This document shows, in pieces, positions 37,819 to 47,850 of a stretch of 64,000 bases of DNA (position 1 is the first letter of the stretch; each line of letters begins with the position of its first letter). The translations under genes were made by a program, and so were the position numbers. Under the pieces are notes generated by a model. It made no database searches. It was given only the letters and a program-made list of their open reading frames with translations, and was not told the DNA's origin. The DNA is from Candidatus Latescibacterota bacterium (lineage in GTDB: Bacteria; Latescibacterota; UBA2968), in assembly GCA_965208125.1 (NCBI GenBank), contig OZ242320.1:1984001-2048000 (forward strand). The letters run 5' to 3'.

Positions 37819-39222
37819 TTATGCGGGGACACTGCGTCCCCTCGTTTTGTACTGGTTGAGCAGGTCGGTCAATTGCGATACGATTTCGGGGTGTTGCGCG
37901 TAGAGGTTTTCGCGTTCTCGGTAGCCGGTTTCCATGTCGTAGAGTTGTCCGGGGGCATCATCTATAGGGTCGTCGGGATAATCATTGCCGCCGGAGCTTT
38001 GGTGGAGGAGCAATTTCCATTTGCCCTGGCGGATGGCAAATTCGCCTTTGGAAGAGTGATGCACGGTGGCTTCGCGGATGGATGTCGCGTTCTGGCTCGT
38101 GAGGACGGGTAGGATGCTGCAACTGTCTTCGCCGGCATTTTCGGGAAGGGTATGGCCGATAATGTCGGCGGCTGTTGCGATGAGGTCTGTGAGACATACG
38201 ATTTCGTCGCTGAAGGATCCAGCCGCGACTTTTTCGGGCCAGCGGGCGATAAAGGGGATGCGATGTCCGCCTTCCCAGTTGTCGCGTTTGCAGCCGCGGA
38301 AGTGATAGGCACTGTAGTGATTGTATTCTTGTTTTCGCGCGTGCATAAAGCGTTCGGGTCCGTTGTCGCTGGTGACGATAAAGAGGGTGTTGTCGGTGGC
38401 GCTGGCTTTTTCAACAGCGTCCATGATTTGACCCACTGCCCAGTCGCATTCGACGACGAAGTCGCCGTATTTGCCGGCCTGGCTTTTGCCTGTAAATGCT
38501 TTGTTTGGCGCAATGGGTGTGTGCGGTCCGGTTACGGGATAGTAGAGGAAAAAGGGCTGTTTGCCCGCTGCGGTTTCTTCGATGAAGGAGACCGCTTTTT
38601 TTGTGAGGTCTGGAATGACGTGTTCGGGTTTGAGGCCCGGCGCAGCGTGTCCTTCGCGTCCAAAGAGGCCCCTATGAGCACGGGCTGTTGGTTCACGGAT
38701 TGTGCGGTTGTTTTCGAGATAGACATAAGGCGGCATGTCCAGGGATGCGGAGATGCCGTAAAAGTAGTCGAATCCGAGGTCGCACGGTCCGCCGGTAAAT
38801 GGTTGGGTGAAGTCTATGGCTTCGCCTCGATCCCATCCCAGTCTGTAATTTTCGAGGTTCTGGACGCCTTTTTTGCGCGTCCAGTTTAATCCCACATGCC
38901 ATTTGCCGATGCATGCGGTGTGATATCCGTGTTGTTTGAGCAGGGACGCGACGGTCAGGCGTTCGGGTTCGATGAGGGGTTCTGAGTATCCGTTGAGGAC
39001 GCCATTTTGCAGTCGGGTGCGCCAGCAATAGCGTCCGGTTAAGACGCCATAGCGCGAAGGAGAGCATACGGCTGAGCAGGAGTGGACATCGGTGAAGCAC
39101 ATGCCTTCAGCGGACAGGCGGTCGATATTGGGGGTTTGGATTTTGGATTCGGGATTGAGGTAGCTGATGTCCCCATAACCGAGGTCGTCGAAGAAGATAT
39201 AGACGATGTTGGGATTGGACAT
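37819..39222 (-). CDS. Arylsulfatase (S1)
   Basis: DDLGYGD, CSPSRYGVLTGRY, GKWH, SDNG. Confidence 0.95.
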   Translation of the reverse strand: MSNPNIVYIFFDDLGYGDISYLNPESKIQTPNIDRLSAEGMCFTDVHSCSAVCSPSRYGVLTGRYCWRTRLQNGVLNGYSEPLIEPERLTVASLLKQHGYHTACIGKWHVGLNWTRKKGVQNLENYRLGWDRGEAIDFTQPFTGGPCDLGFDYFYGISASLDMPPYVYLENNRTIREPTARAHRGLFGREGHAAPGLKPEHVIPDLTKKAVSFIEETAAGKQPFFLYYPVTGPHTPIAPNKAFTGKSQAGKYGDFVVECDWAVGQIMDAVEKASATDNTLFIVTSDNGPERFMHARKQEYNHYSAYHFRGCKRDNWEGGHRIPFIARWPEKVAAGSFSDEIVCLTDLIATAADIIGHTLPENAGEDSCSILPVLTSQNATSIREATVHHSSKGEFAIRQGKWKLLLHQSSGGNDYPDDPIDDAPGQLYDMETGYRERENLYAQHPEIVSQLTDLLNQYKTRGRSVPA

Positions 39223-39249
39223 TGGGGTCTCCAGTTGGTTGTATAAGGT

Positions 39250-40326
39250 TCATTTGGCGGGCGCGATGAAGATTTTGTCGCCCTCCTTACATCCAAGTGT
39301 CTTTGAGGCGTTCTCGAAGTTGCGAGCGATCCTCAAGCGACCTTCCGCTGTCAGGAATGCAACCCACTCTCCGCGCGGTACGTCTCCATAGGTGGTGGCA
39401 AGCAACACTGTGAATGTCTGCTCCCCATAGCTGACCTGAAAACGGGTTTTGGGAGAGATGCCAAGTTGCTGCAGGTCGCCCTCGATAAATTCGGTGTTGA
39501 TATTGCCGTAGGTCGAGGAGATACTCTCTATCTTTGTGTAAGCCCCTCCTTCCACAAATTCCGCAGACGACACATGATTTGGAGCGATGGTCGCATCTTT
39601 GTCTCGTTCAATCGTGCCGGTGTCCAGATAGGCGTCGAGCGCGCGCAACGCGGTTTCCCGTTCGATCTCTCTGAGGTTGACGTGTCCGTCGCGTGCCACA
39701 GACCAGAATACTGGCACATTCGGTGCCTTTGCCGCTTTCTGGATATACGCCTGGGGTCCCTCCGCTTCACTCTGATTACTGACGAAGAGCAACGGGAGAC
39801 GTGGGGTATAACGCCATTCGTGGGGGTGCTCTGCATCTCGCACTTGCAGTGCCGCCCCCAACGCGAGCAAGCCGTCATAACCTTCGGGAGCGGTCTCGGC
39901 GATCAGTGTCACGATCGCACCGCCCATTGAGTTCCCCTGTACAATTATACGTTCAGGCGCGCCATAGGTCTGGGCAATGTGCTGGCGTAGCAGTTCGATG
40001 TCCGCTACCGCATCGACGATGATCGCTCCGTTGCGGCGGTAGCTGGTAGATGCGATCATCCAGCCATCGGCAAGCAGATGCTGGTACGTGGGTGAGTCTG
40101 TGCGAAAATCGGCGCTCAGGGGCGCATTTTCGGGGCGATAGCCGTGCGCCAGCAGCAGGAGTTTTCCGTTCCATGACTCCGGTATGGCGATGACGAATTT
40201 TGATTGCTGGAGTTGACCTGCTTCGGTGCGAAATTTAACTGCCTCTGCGGCTGGGGCGAGCAGTCCGCCGATGAGCAGGAAATAGCATATCCCTTGTACG
40301 AGTGTTGAACGGTAGATCGTTTTCAT
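39250..40326 (-). CDS. Secreted alpha/beta-hydrolase fused to a SAM hydroxide-adenosyltransferase/halogenase-type C-terminal domain
   Basis: Signal peptide ending AEA; HGY, GNSMGG elbow, GH; tail YGNINT...TYGDVPRGE...EGRLRIARNFENASKTLG.KEGD.I. Confidence 0.7.
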   Translation of the reverse strand: MKTIYRSTLVQGICYFLLIGGLLAPAAEAVKFRTEAGQLQQSKFVIAIPESWNGKLLLLAHGYRPENAPLSADFRTDSPTYQHLLADGWMIASTSYRRNGAIIVDAVADIELLRQHIAQTYGAPERIIVQGNSMGGAIVTLIAETAPEGYDGLLALGAALQVRDAEHPHEWRYTPRLPLLFVSNQSEAEGPQAYIQKAAKAPNVPVFWSVARDGHVNLREIERETALRALDAYLDTGTIERDKDATIAPNHVSSAEFVEGGAYTKIESISSTYGNINTEFIEGDLQQLGISPKTRFQVSYGEQTFTVLLATTYGDVPRGEWVAFLTAEGRLRIARNFENASKTLGCKEGDKIFIAPAK

Positions 40327-40406
40327 GATGGCTCCTTTGGATTGTTTTGCCGGACAGTTTGTGGTGTCTATGCCCAGCCCTAGCAGTTCATACGTCCAGA
40401 GGTCTG

Positions 40407-41606
40407 TTATGTTCCGATGGTGTTTTGGTCGGTGTGATTCTGTTCTTTGAGGATTTGCTTTTGGAGGTATTCGGGCAGTTTGAGGACGCGCTGGAAGTAG
40501 GTGGGTTCGTCAAAGCGCAGGTTGTTGTTTTTGAAGAGGAGGCGGTCTGTGTCGCGGCTGAGGTCGCAGTCGAATCGGGCGAGGACGGATTCGCTCATGC
40601 TACCTCCGCCGTCCGGGTTGATGTGGCAGAGTCCCCAGGTGATGCCGCGTCCATCGCCGTTGTCGGCAAATGCGTCGGGAACAAAGGGTCCGGGGGCGAC
40701 AGGGGGTACCTGGAGCAGGGATTTCATTTCGAAATGGAGGCCGTCAGGCGCGTATTGTACGGTGTTTTTTTCGGGTCCGTCCAGGCTGACGATTGCGGCG
40801 ATACCTTCTTTGTAGGGCCAGAGGCAGGTTTCGTGACCGGAGTTGAGGACGGGGTTTAGCGGTGATTTTTGGTATGGTCCTTCCGGATGGTCGGCAATGG
40901 CAACGCCCTGAGCGCGGATGATGTTTGCGCCGCCGCGTTTTTGGCCGGGCGAGCCTTTGTAATACATGTGGATTTTGCCTTTGTAGATGAGGGGGAAGGG
41001 GTCGTGTATGCAGTTGCAGTCCCAGTCGTCGGGGCCGCCGGGTTCCACAATGGGTCTGCCCAGTCGCGTCCAGGGTCCATGGGGAGAGTCGGCGATGGCG
41101 ATGGTGACGGGGCACGAGTCGCCGCCTTGAATGACTTCGCTGTATGCCTGGTGGTAGAGGTAGTATTTGTTTTTCCAGACGAGGATGTCGGGGGTGCAGT
41201 TTGAGCGCCAGCCAAATTCGCCTTTTGAGGGGCGCGTGGCGGCTGGTCCCTGTTCTTCCCAGTGAAAGCCGTCTTCGCTGGTGGCATACCAGATGTCTGC
41301 GAGGTCCCAATCGACAGAGGGGATTTCGTCGGTGGCGTTTTCGTGTCCGACGGGCGGGCCTTGTGTGCGCCGGCATGTGTACCAGACGTAATAGGTGCCG
41401 TCGATGCGGAGTACTTTAGACGGGTCGCGGCGAGAGACGTTGGGTTCTCGCGAGAATCCTTCGAGAGGTGAGTATTTGAAGTTGCTGAAGAATTCATTGC
41501 CGCGATCTTCATGGGGGTTCCATATATCGTACATACGCTCCATCGAGGCGCTGAGTTCGCGGTCCGGTTTTTCAAGTGGTAATTTAGCTGGGAAGGGCGT
41601 TTGCAT
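40407..41606 (-). CDS. Glycoside hydrolase family 117-like five-bladed propeller
   Basis: LSASMER, SRRDPSKV, WDLADIWYATS, HDP, NSGHE. Confidence 0.85.
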   Translation of the reverse strand: MQTPFPAKLPLEKPDRELSASMERMYDIWNPHEDRGNEFFSNFKYSPLEGFSREPNVSRRDPSKVLRIDGTYYVWYTCRRTQGPPVGHENATDEIPSVDWDLADIWYATSEDGFHWEEQGPAATRPSKGEFGWRSNCTPDILVWKNKYYLYHQAYSEVIQGGDSCPVTIAIADSPHGPWTRLGRPIVEPGGPDDWDCNCIHDPFPLIYKGKIHMYYKGSPGQKRGGANIIRAQGVAIADHPEGPYQKSPLNPVLNSGHETCLWPYKEGIAAIVSLDGPEKNTVQYAPDGLHFEMKSLLQVPPVAPGPFVPDAFADNGDGRGITWGLCHINPDGGGSMSESVLARFDCDLSRDTDRLLFKNNNLRFDEPTYFQRVLKLPEYLQKQILKEQNHTDQNTIGT

Positions 41607-41633
41607 GGGGGGTCCTTGGTGAAGAGGTGTTCG

Positions 41634-41649
41634 GTAGGGGCGACTCAGG
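41634..41649 (+). repeat. Truncated GTAG-type REP half-site
   Basis: GTAGGGGCGAC matches the REP left arm; the right arm is missing. Confidence 0.5.
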
Positions 41650-41664
41650 TGTTGATCAGGCCAG

Positions 41665-42270
41665 TTATTTGATTTTTGCCTTCAAGGTATCGACGAGTCG
41701 TTTCGCATGGGGCGATGCCGCAACCACTTTGTCGGGGTCAATCTGCGCGAGGATATCGAACGAATGCTGCCCCTTTTCATATTCGCCTTTCGAAACACCC
41801 GACCGCGTCGCGTTTTTTAGGCCGTTAAATACATCGTTTTTGGGGATTCTCTCAATATCCTGACGAGCGGGAAGCGCGTTCTGGTTAAAGCCGTTTCCGT
41901 AGTACGCAGCAAGAGTGTCCTTGTCGGCGAGAAACCACGCCTCCATGCATTGCACCATCAGATGTACCTGGTCGTCTGTAGTCTCCGAGGGTTGGTCCCA
42001 ATTATCGGGATTCTTCTTCAGGTGTTGCCAGGGGCCTGTTGTCACTGGTCCTTCGCTGTCAACCAATAGCACGATGAAATCATCTTTTTTTGCCCCGCGG
42101 ACTGCTGCACGAAAATCATCGAAGGCATCTCGCCGACTGCCATTTGCGACTATACGCGGCATTCGGCCTTCCAAGCCAGCCTTGCTAAAAAATTTGCTGA
42201 AACCCTCGCGACATTTTCTCCTCAGCAAATTCGTTTCCCCGCCACCTTCGACAAAGACCTTGATCCTCAC
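41665..42270 (-). CDS. DUF4276-like TOPRIM-type protein
   Basis: VFVEGG, LLVDSE, VQCMEAWFLAD; GTGA overlap with the ATPase gene. Confidence 0.8.
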   Translation of the reverse strand: MRIKVFVEGGGETNLLRRKCREGFSKFFSKAGLEGRMPRIVANGSRRDAFDDFRAAVRGAKKDDFIVLLVDSEGPVTTGPWQHLKKNPDNWDQPSETTDDQVHLMVQCMEAWFLADKDTLAAYYGNGFNQNALPARQDIERIPKNDVFNGLKNATRSGVSKGEYEKGQHSFDILAQIDPDKVVAASPHAKRLVDTLKAKIK

Positions 42271-43424
42271 CAGCGGTTCCCTCCCAAGTCACCCCTGGTC
42301 CACAAGTCCCCCAAGCTATAACGCTTCAACCACTCGGTAAGGTCGGCCTTGTCAAGTCGGTGCATTTCCGTCTGGCTGTCGTGCTTTTCGCAGACTACGA
42401 TGCTCTCCGGTGTATCAGTTAAGGTGTCCACGAGCATGTCGGAGTGCGTTGTGACAATAAGTTGGCACCTTTGCGATGCCTCGCGCAACAGGTCGCTGAG
42501 GACTGGCAGAACGTCGGGATGCAAGCCCAGTTCAGGCTCTTCAATACAGACCAGTGGTGGGGGATTTGGGTGGCAAAGGATAGCCAACAGGCACAGAAAG
42601 CGTAGCGTACCATCGGATAATCGCGTTGCTGGAACCATGATATTTTTTTCTTGGACTAAGACCTGAACGGTTCCGCCTTCAATGATGACGTCCAGGTCAA
42701 TCACGCCTTCGTAGAGTTGGCGCATGGTTTCCAGTATGCGATCTTTGACTTTTGGCTCCCGCTTCAACCGATTCAGCACCAGTCCCAGGTTTCTTCCATC
42801 TTCGAGCAAAAAGTCGTTGGGCAGATCCGCTGGTTGTGGCTGACGCGGCGGCGTGCGGCGACCAAAGGAACTTTCGCGGTAGAGTCGCATGCGGTCAAAT
42901 GTCTCGCCAAGCCATGTCAGTTCCGGGTATTGATCCGGGTCCTTCCGCTGGGCAAGAATGGATTGCTGTGGATTGATCTCGTCCATGCGTAACTGGTGTT
43001 GCTTTTCACCTCTGTAGCTCAGAGTGGCACGGCCATACTGCAATTCGTAATGTGGCATTGTGTGAAAGAGGTCTCGCTCTTTGTTTTCTATCCTCTCTTC
43101 TGTCAACTCGAACTGCTGGCCCCTCTCTGCGAATTCGAGGCGATATCGCAGTGCTGACCCCTTCGGGTTATCCAGAAGCACTTCGATATGGGCCGACGAT
43201 GCTTTGGGATCACCTCGCCAAAGCCAGTCGCGGATGCCTCCACCTTCTCGAATTGGAGCCGTGAGGTCTCTGGGCGTGGCTTTTAGCAGGCCAATCGCCT
43301 CAATAAGATTGGATTTCCCGGAGCCATTGGGACCGATAAGAACATTCAGGGAACGAAGTTCCAGTGCTTCGGTATCGGGCCCGAAGGAGAGCAGATTTTC
43401 CAGTTTGATGTGCTTGATAAACAT
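42267..43424 (-). CDS. AAA_21/ABC-type ATPase (OLD/AbiEii-like)
   Basis: GPNGSGKSN, LSDGT signature, IEEPELGLHP, TTHS. Confidence 0.9.
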   Translation of the reverse strand: MFIKHIKLENLLSFGPDTEALELRSLNVLIGPNGSGKSNLIEAIGLLKATPRDLTAPIREGGGIRDWLWRGDPKASSAHIEVLLDNPKGSALRYRLEFAERGQQFELTEERIENKERDLFHTMPHYELQYGRATLSYRGEKQHQLRMDEINPQQSILAQRKDPDQYPELTWLGETFDRMRLYRESSFGRRTPPRQPQPADLPNDFLLEDGRNLGLVLNRLKREPKVKDRILETMRQLYEGVIDLDVIIEGGTVQVLVQEKNIMVPATRLSDGTLRFLCLLAILCHPNPPPLVCIEEPELGLHPDVLPVLSDLLREASQRCQLIVTTHSDMLVDTLTDTPESIVVCEKHDSQTEMHRLDKADLTEWLKRYSLGDLWTRGDLGGNRW

Positions 43425-43453
43425 GGTTCGTCCTTGTTCGTCAAGTTTCTATA

Positions 43454-44074
43454 TCAATCTATCGGAATGAAGATATTCTGTGTTTCGAAACCAACGAAAT
43501 AGTCGATAGCCATCAAAAACGGATAGATAGCAGCCTCGTACCAGTTTAGACCGGTAGCGTCTTCAACAGCCCAGGGTGCTACTATGACATAAAAAATTCC
43601 AATATAGATCACTATAGCAAGCCCTTGTTTCAACACGAAGCCGGATATTCTCCACATGATAATATTGACCCGTTCTTGTTGTGGCGGTATGAAGTCAAAA
43701 GCAATGGCAATAGATTCTAATAGGCCCGGATTGCCTATGTACCTATCTACAATCATTTTTTTTAAATTTCCACCATATTCTATCACCAATAGCCATATAG
43801 GCGGGAAATATTTAAAGAAAAAATACAACATTGACGACAAGTAAACACTACACACTAAAAAACGCACCACTTCTGAGTCAAAGAAAAAGGGGCATACATA
43901 TATAGAAAAAGATAGTGCAGTAACATTGATAATGGCGTTTGAGCAGAATTCTGTAAAGAGATTTTTGAGATCAACTTCTATTGTATTTTCTGCATCATCC
44001 GCGAATGCATTGCTAACCATCTTTTTTATTAAAGCAAACCCAATCGGTGCTAAAAATCTAAGAAATGGCAACAT
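43454..44074 (-). CDS. AT-rich hypothetical membrane protein
   Basis: 206 aa with several hydrophobic segments; visibly lower GC than its flanks. Confidence 0.65.
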   Translation of the reverse strand: MLPFLRFLAPIGFALIKKMVSNAFADDAENTIEVDLKNLFTEFCSNAIINVTALSFSIYVCPFFFDSEVVRFLVCSVYLSSMLYFFFKYFPPIWLLVIEYGGNLKKMIVDRYIGNPGLLESIAIAFDFIPPQQERVNIIMWRISGFVLKQGLAIVIYIGIFYVIVAPWAVEDATGLNWYEAAIYPFLMAIDYFVGFETQNIFIPID

Positions 44075-45613
44075 TTAATACCTCTGATAATAAATGTCCA
44101 GCAGTTTTTCAGACATAGACTCAACGAGGTGGCTGTGTTGTTCTGATGCGATGAGGTTCTGGCGCTCGTCTTCTGTGGGGTTGTCTTTTAAGTTGAAGAG
44201 GGCGTGGTGTTTTAATTCCCCTTCTAATATGAGTTCTTGCCCGACGATCAATTTCCAATCCCCATCTCGCAGCGAGAGCATGGGTCCCATGATGTAGTCG
44301 TCGTGGAGGACGAGGGGGTGGGGTTCAAATTCATCGTCTTTCAGGCCCGTGAGAAAGGGCGCGATGCTGGTGCTGTCTTCGGCGAATCCCTCGTGCGGGG
44401 ATGCTTCGATGCCGACGAGGTCTGCGATGGATAATATGAGGTCGTTGAGTCCATACGTGATGTGGCTGGTGCGCCCGGAGGTCGCGTCGTTGCCGTCGCC
44501 GATGTTGCCCTGTTTCCAGAAGGCGATTGTGGGCACGCGATGGCCGCCTTCGTGGATGTGGGCTTTGCGACCGCGGTAGTAGCCGCTGGATTCTTTGCCC
44601 GCGTTTTCCGCGCCGTTGTCGCTGGAGAAGATGAAGAGGGTGTTGTCGATGAGTTTGTGGCCCGGGTTGCGCGGGTCGTCGTGGGTTTCGAGGTAGTTGA
44701 GCAATTGGCCGACTGCGACATCGTTTTCGTATATGAAGTCGAGGCGTTCGGGCGTGTTGTGCTCGCAGCCGCCGACCTGGTCGCGCTGTTTGCCCCATTC
44801 GGTGCTTTCCCAGCCATTGGGGTCGTTGGTGGTTGCGTGTGGGCGCGAGAGTTCGCGTTTGCCGTTTTTGAAGTGCGCCTGTCCCGTGATGGGTACGCCG
44901 TTGAGTGCGTCGCACGGTGTGTGGGGTGTGTGATTGGAATTGGCGGCGTAGTAGAGGAAGAAGGGTTGTTGTTTTGTGTCTTCTTCTGCGAGATGGGTGT
45001 CGAGAAAGCCAACGGCGTGCTGGAAGTTCATGGACCCGGTTTTGTACAGGTCGTAACCCGAGATGTCGTGAGGGTTTTTGCCGGTTGCGCCGATGCAGCG
45101 GCGGTTTTCGATCCAGCCCGCATTGGCAGAGGTTCCATGGCTTCGGTTGGTGATGAAGTGGTAGTCGAAGCCGTGTTCTTCGGGGCAGTCGGTCAGGGGT
45201 TGGCGCACGTCTGCGTCGTCCCATCCCTCGGCGGGTGAGCCGTCGGATTTTGTGTAGGTCAGGCCCACGTGCCATTTGCCCGAGATGCCCGTGCGATATC
45301 CGGCTTCTTTGAGGATGGTGGCGAGTGTGGGCCGTTCTTTTTCGATGAGCGGCGGATAGTGGGGACCAAAGGCGACTTTGTGTTTGAGTTGCGTGCGCCA
45401 GCAATAGCGTCCGGTGAGGAGGGCGTAGCGCGTGGGAGTGCAGACGGTTGATGGGGTATGTGCATCGGTAAAGCGCACGCCCAGGCGCGCGAGGCGTTCC
45501 AGACTGGGGGTGTGAAGTTGTTCGTCGTCGCGATTGCCGGTCCAGTCCTGATACGCGCTGGTGTCGCCCGTGCCCATGTCATCGACGAGGAAGATGATGA
45601 TGTTGGGTTGCAT
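44075..45613 (-). CDS. Arylsulfatase (S1)
   Basis: DDMGTGD, CTPTRYALLTGRY, GKWH, SDNG. Confidence 0.93.
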   Translation of the reverse strand: MQPNIIIFLVDDMGTGDTSAYQDWTGNRDDEQLHTPSLERLARLGVRFTDAHTPSTVCTPTRYALLTGRYCWRTQLKHKVAFGPHYPPLIEKERPTLATILKEAGYRTGISGKWHVGLTYTKSDGSPAEGWDDADVRQPLTDCPEEHGFDYHFITNRSHGTSANAGWIENRRCIGATGKNPHDISGYDLYKTGSMNFQHAVGFLDTHLAEEDTKQQPFFLYYAANSNHTPHTPCDALNGVPITGQAHFKNGKRELSRPHATTNDPNGWESTEWGKQRDQVGGCEHNTPERLDFIYENDVAVGQLLNYLETHDDPRNPGHKLIDNTLFIFSSDNGAENAGKESSGYYRGRKAHIHEGGHRVPTIAFWKQGNIGDGNDATSGRTSHITYGLNDLILSIADLVGIEASPHEGFAEDSTSIAPFLTGLKDDEFEPHPLVLHDDYIMGPMLSLRDGDWKLIVGQELILEGELKHHALFNLKDNPTEDERQNLIASEQHSHLVESMSEKLLDIYYQRY

Positions 45614-45621
45614 GTGTCTCC

Positions 45622-47847
45622 TTATTTCATGTCGAGGAGTTGAACGCTCAGATAAGAGGGTCTTTGAGAGGGTAAGAGGATGGCGCAGATTGTGTTTTCG
45701 CCGGGGATCAGGATATCGAATTCGTCGGGATGGAGCAGGGCGCAGGTTTCCGAGATGGGTGCGGAGTGCTGCCTGACGCGGAGGCTGCGGATGAGTTGGC
45801 CGTTGATGAAGATCTGGCAGTCGGCAGATGAGGTGACGTAGAATAGGGGTTTATCAGGGCGTTGGTTCAGGTCGATGGTGGTGCGAAGATAGACGGGGGT
45901 CCCTTCTGCTGTGCCAAATGGGCCTTTGCCAGCGTTCCAGGATGAATCGTCGAAGTGGGTTTGACACCAGTCGCCGCCGTAGTTTGGCAGGTTGGCGCGG
46001 GGCGAGGTGTGTATGGCGGGGAGAGGGGATACGTCGCCCGTGCTGTATCGCCATTCGGTGTGGGGACCGATGATGGTTTCAAATTGTGGGGGATCCCAGA
46101 GTGTGGCGTGGATTTTGCCGAGTTCGTCGGGGTCAATTTTGGAGATTTTGCGGTCGTAGGTGAGCCAGCCGTTGAGTTCGTGTTCGACGTCGGTGATCTG
46201 GGTATATACGACGCCGTTGAGGGGCGTGAGGCCGACCATTGCGCGGAGGTTTTCGACCCAGAAGCGATAGTCGTCTTCCATCGCCTGTGGTGTTGGATAT
46301 GTGGGGCGGGTGATGTCGTTGATGTGGTCAATGTGTTCGGATGGCTCTTCGTGGTCGTACCAGGTGTGACCCGGGATGCAGAGGTTGAATCCGCCCGCTT
46401 CGCCCAGGAGGACGATGCGGTCATTCGCGCTTTGTTGCCGCGCTGTGGCGGGGTAGAAGGTGTAGTCGTGTATGTCGCAGATGTCGCCCGTGCCCATGTC
46501 GGCCCAGCCGCTGGCGCTGGTGACGAGGCGAGAGGGGTCGCGTTGTGCGACGTGGTCAGTGAGGCGTTCGGTGTCGTGTTGCCCCCAGCCTTCGTTGAAG
46601 ATGACCCACTGGACAACACTGGGGTGGTTGTGCAGCCAGTCCATGATGTTTTCAAATTCGGTCTGCCATTGTTGTGCGGCTTCGGGGGTGACGCTTTGTC
46701 CAAATTTGGGCATGCAGACCATGTCTTGCCAGACCAATAGGCCGAGTCTGGTCGCAGTGATAGTACCAGCGGTCGGGATGGGTTTTGACGTGTACGCGCA
46801 CCATGTTGCAGGCGATTTGTTTGAGGTACTGGAGGTCGAAGAGGATGGCTTCGTCAGATGGTGGGGTGAGGATGCCGTCGGGCCAATAGCCCTGGTCCAG
46901 AGGGCCGAGTTGAAAGATGGGTTTGTCGTTGAGGAGGAAGCGTTTGATGCCGTTTTCGTCTTCGCCGATGGATATTTTTCGCATGCCAAAGTAGCTGTCG
47001 ATTGTGTCGATGGTTTCGCCGTTGTGTTGTACTTTGACTTTGAGGTCGTAGAGGAAGGGGTGGTCTGGATGCCAGAGTTTTGCGTTTGGGATGCTGAGGG
47101 AGATGGTGTGGTCGGCCCGTCCGGTTGCTTCGGAGATTTGCCGGTTGCCGTCATAGGCGATTGTTTGAATTTGGAATTCGTCTCAGACCTTTCGCCTGAG
47201 ACAGTAATATCTATCTTTTCAGCGTCTATATCGGGTGTGAGACGAAGGGTGCGGATGGATTGCTCTGGTACGGCTTCGAGCCAGACGGTTTGCCAGATGC
47301 CGCCGGTGGGTTGATACCGAAATCCCTGGCGGTTTTCCGGCATGATTTGTTTGCCAAGGGCTTGGGGCTGTTGCTCGGTGGCGTCCCAGCAGGAGACGGT
47401 GAGTTCGTTCGCGCCGTCTGTTAAATGGTCGGTGATGTCAAAGGTGAAGGGGTCGTATCCGCCGCGATGTTGACCCGCTTGCTCGCCGTTGATATAGGCA
47501 CTGGTTTCCCAGTCAGATGCCTGAAAATGGAGGAGTACGCGTTTGCCCGTCCAGGCGTCGGGAATGGTAAAATTTCGGCGATACCAGAGCCGCTGGTCCG
47601 GGCGGAGAATTTCCATGATGCCAGAGAGGGGGGCGTCAATGGCAAAGGGTACGAGGATTTGACCCTGATAGGTATCAGGTGCGCTGGTGGTGCCGATGGG
47701 TTCGAGGGCGTAGTCCCACAGGCCGTTGAGGTTTTGCCAGTGTTGGCGCACCATTTGAGGGCGCGGGTGTTCTGGCAGGGCGTTATCGGGGGAGACGTTT
47801 TCCGCAAAAGGCGTTGAGATGTGTTTGGTCACGGGGTTCCAGGTCAT
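45622..47847 (-). pseudogene. GH2 glycoside hydrolase with two compensating frameshifts (near 47190 and 46751); may be sequencing error
   Basis: GH2 motifs HRGGYDPF, GIWQTVWLE, NHPSVVQWVIFNEGWG are in the main frame; the GH2 segment LWHPDHPFLYDL...FGMRKI...LDQGYWPDG...WYYHCD is in another frame. Confidence 0.75.
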
Positions 47848-47850
47848 CTC

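Noticed and set aside
39223-40407. Gene-end duplication scars around the hydrolase fusion (and around the 41.6-44.1 kb islet)
   Set aside because: I compared the flanks and found no convincing repeat, so these are not counted among the four scars.
44331-46740. Long alternative-frame and antisense ORFs (e.g. 44331-45404, 45867-46703; similarly 40856-41575, 49250-50155, 56566-57612)
   Set aside because: They overlap well-supported genes, are low-complexity R/P/S/T or V/G-rich, and are explained by strong codon and strand bias.
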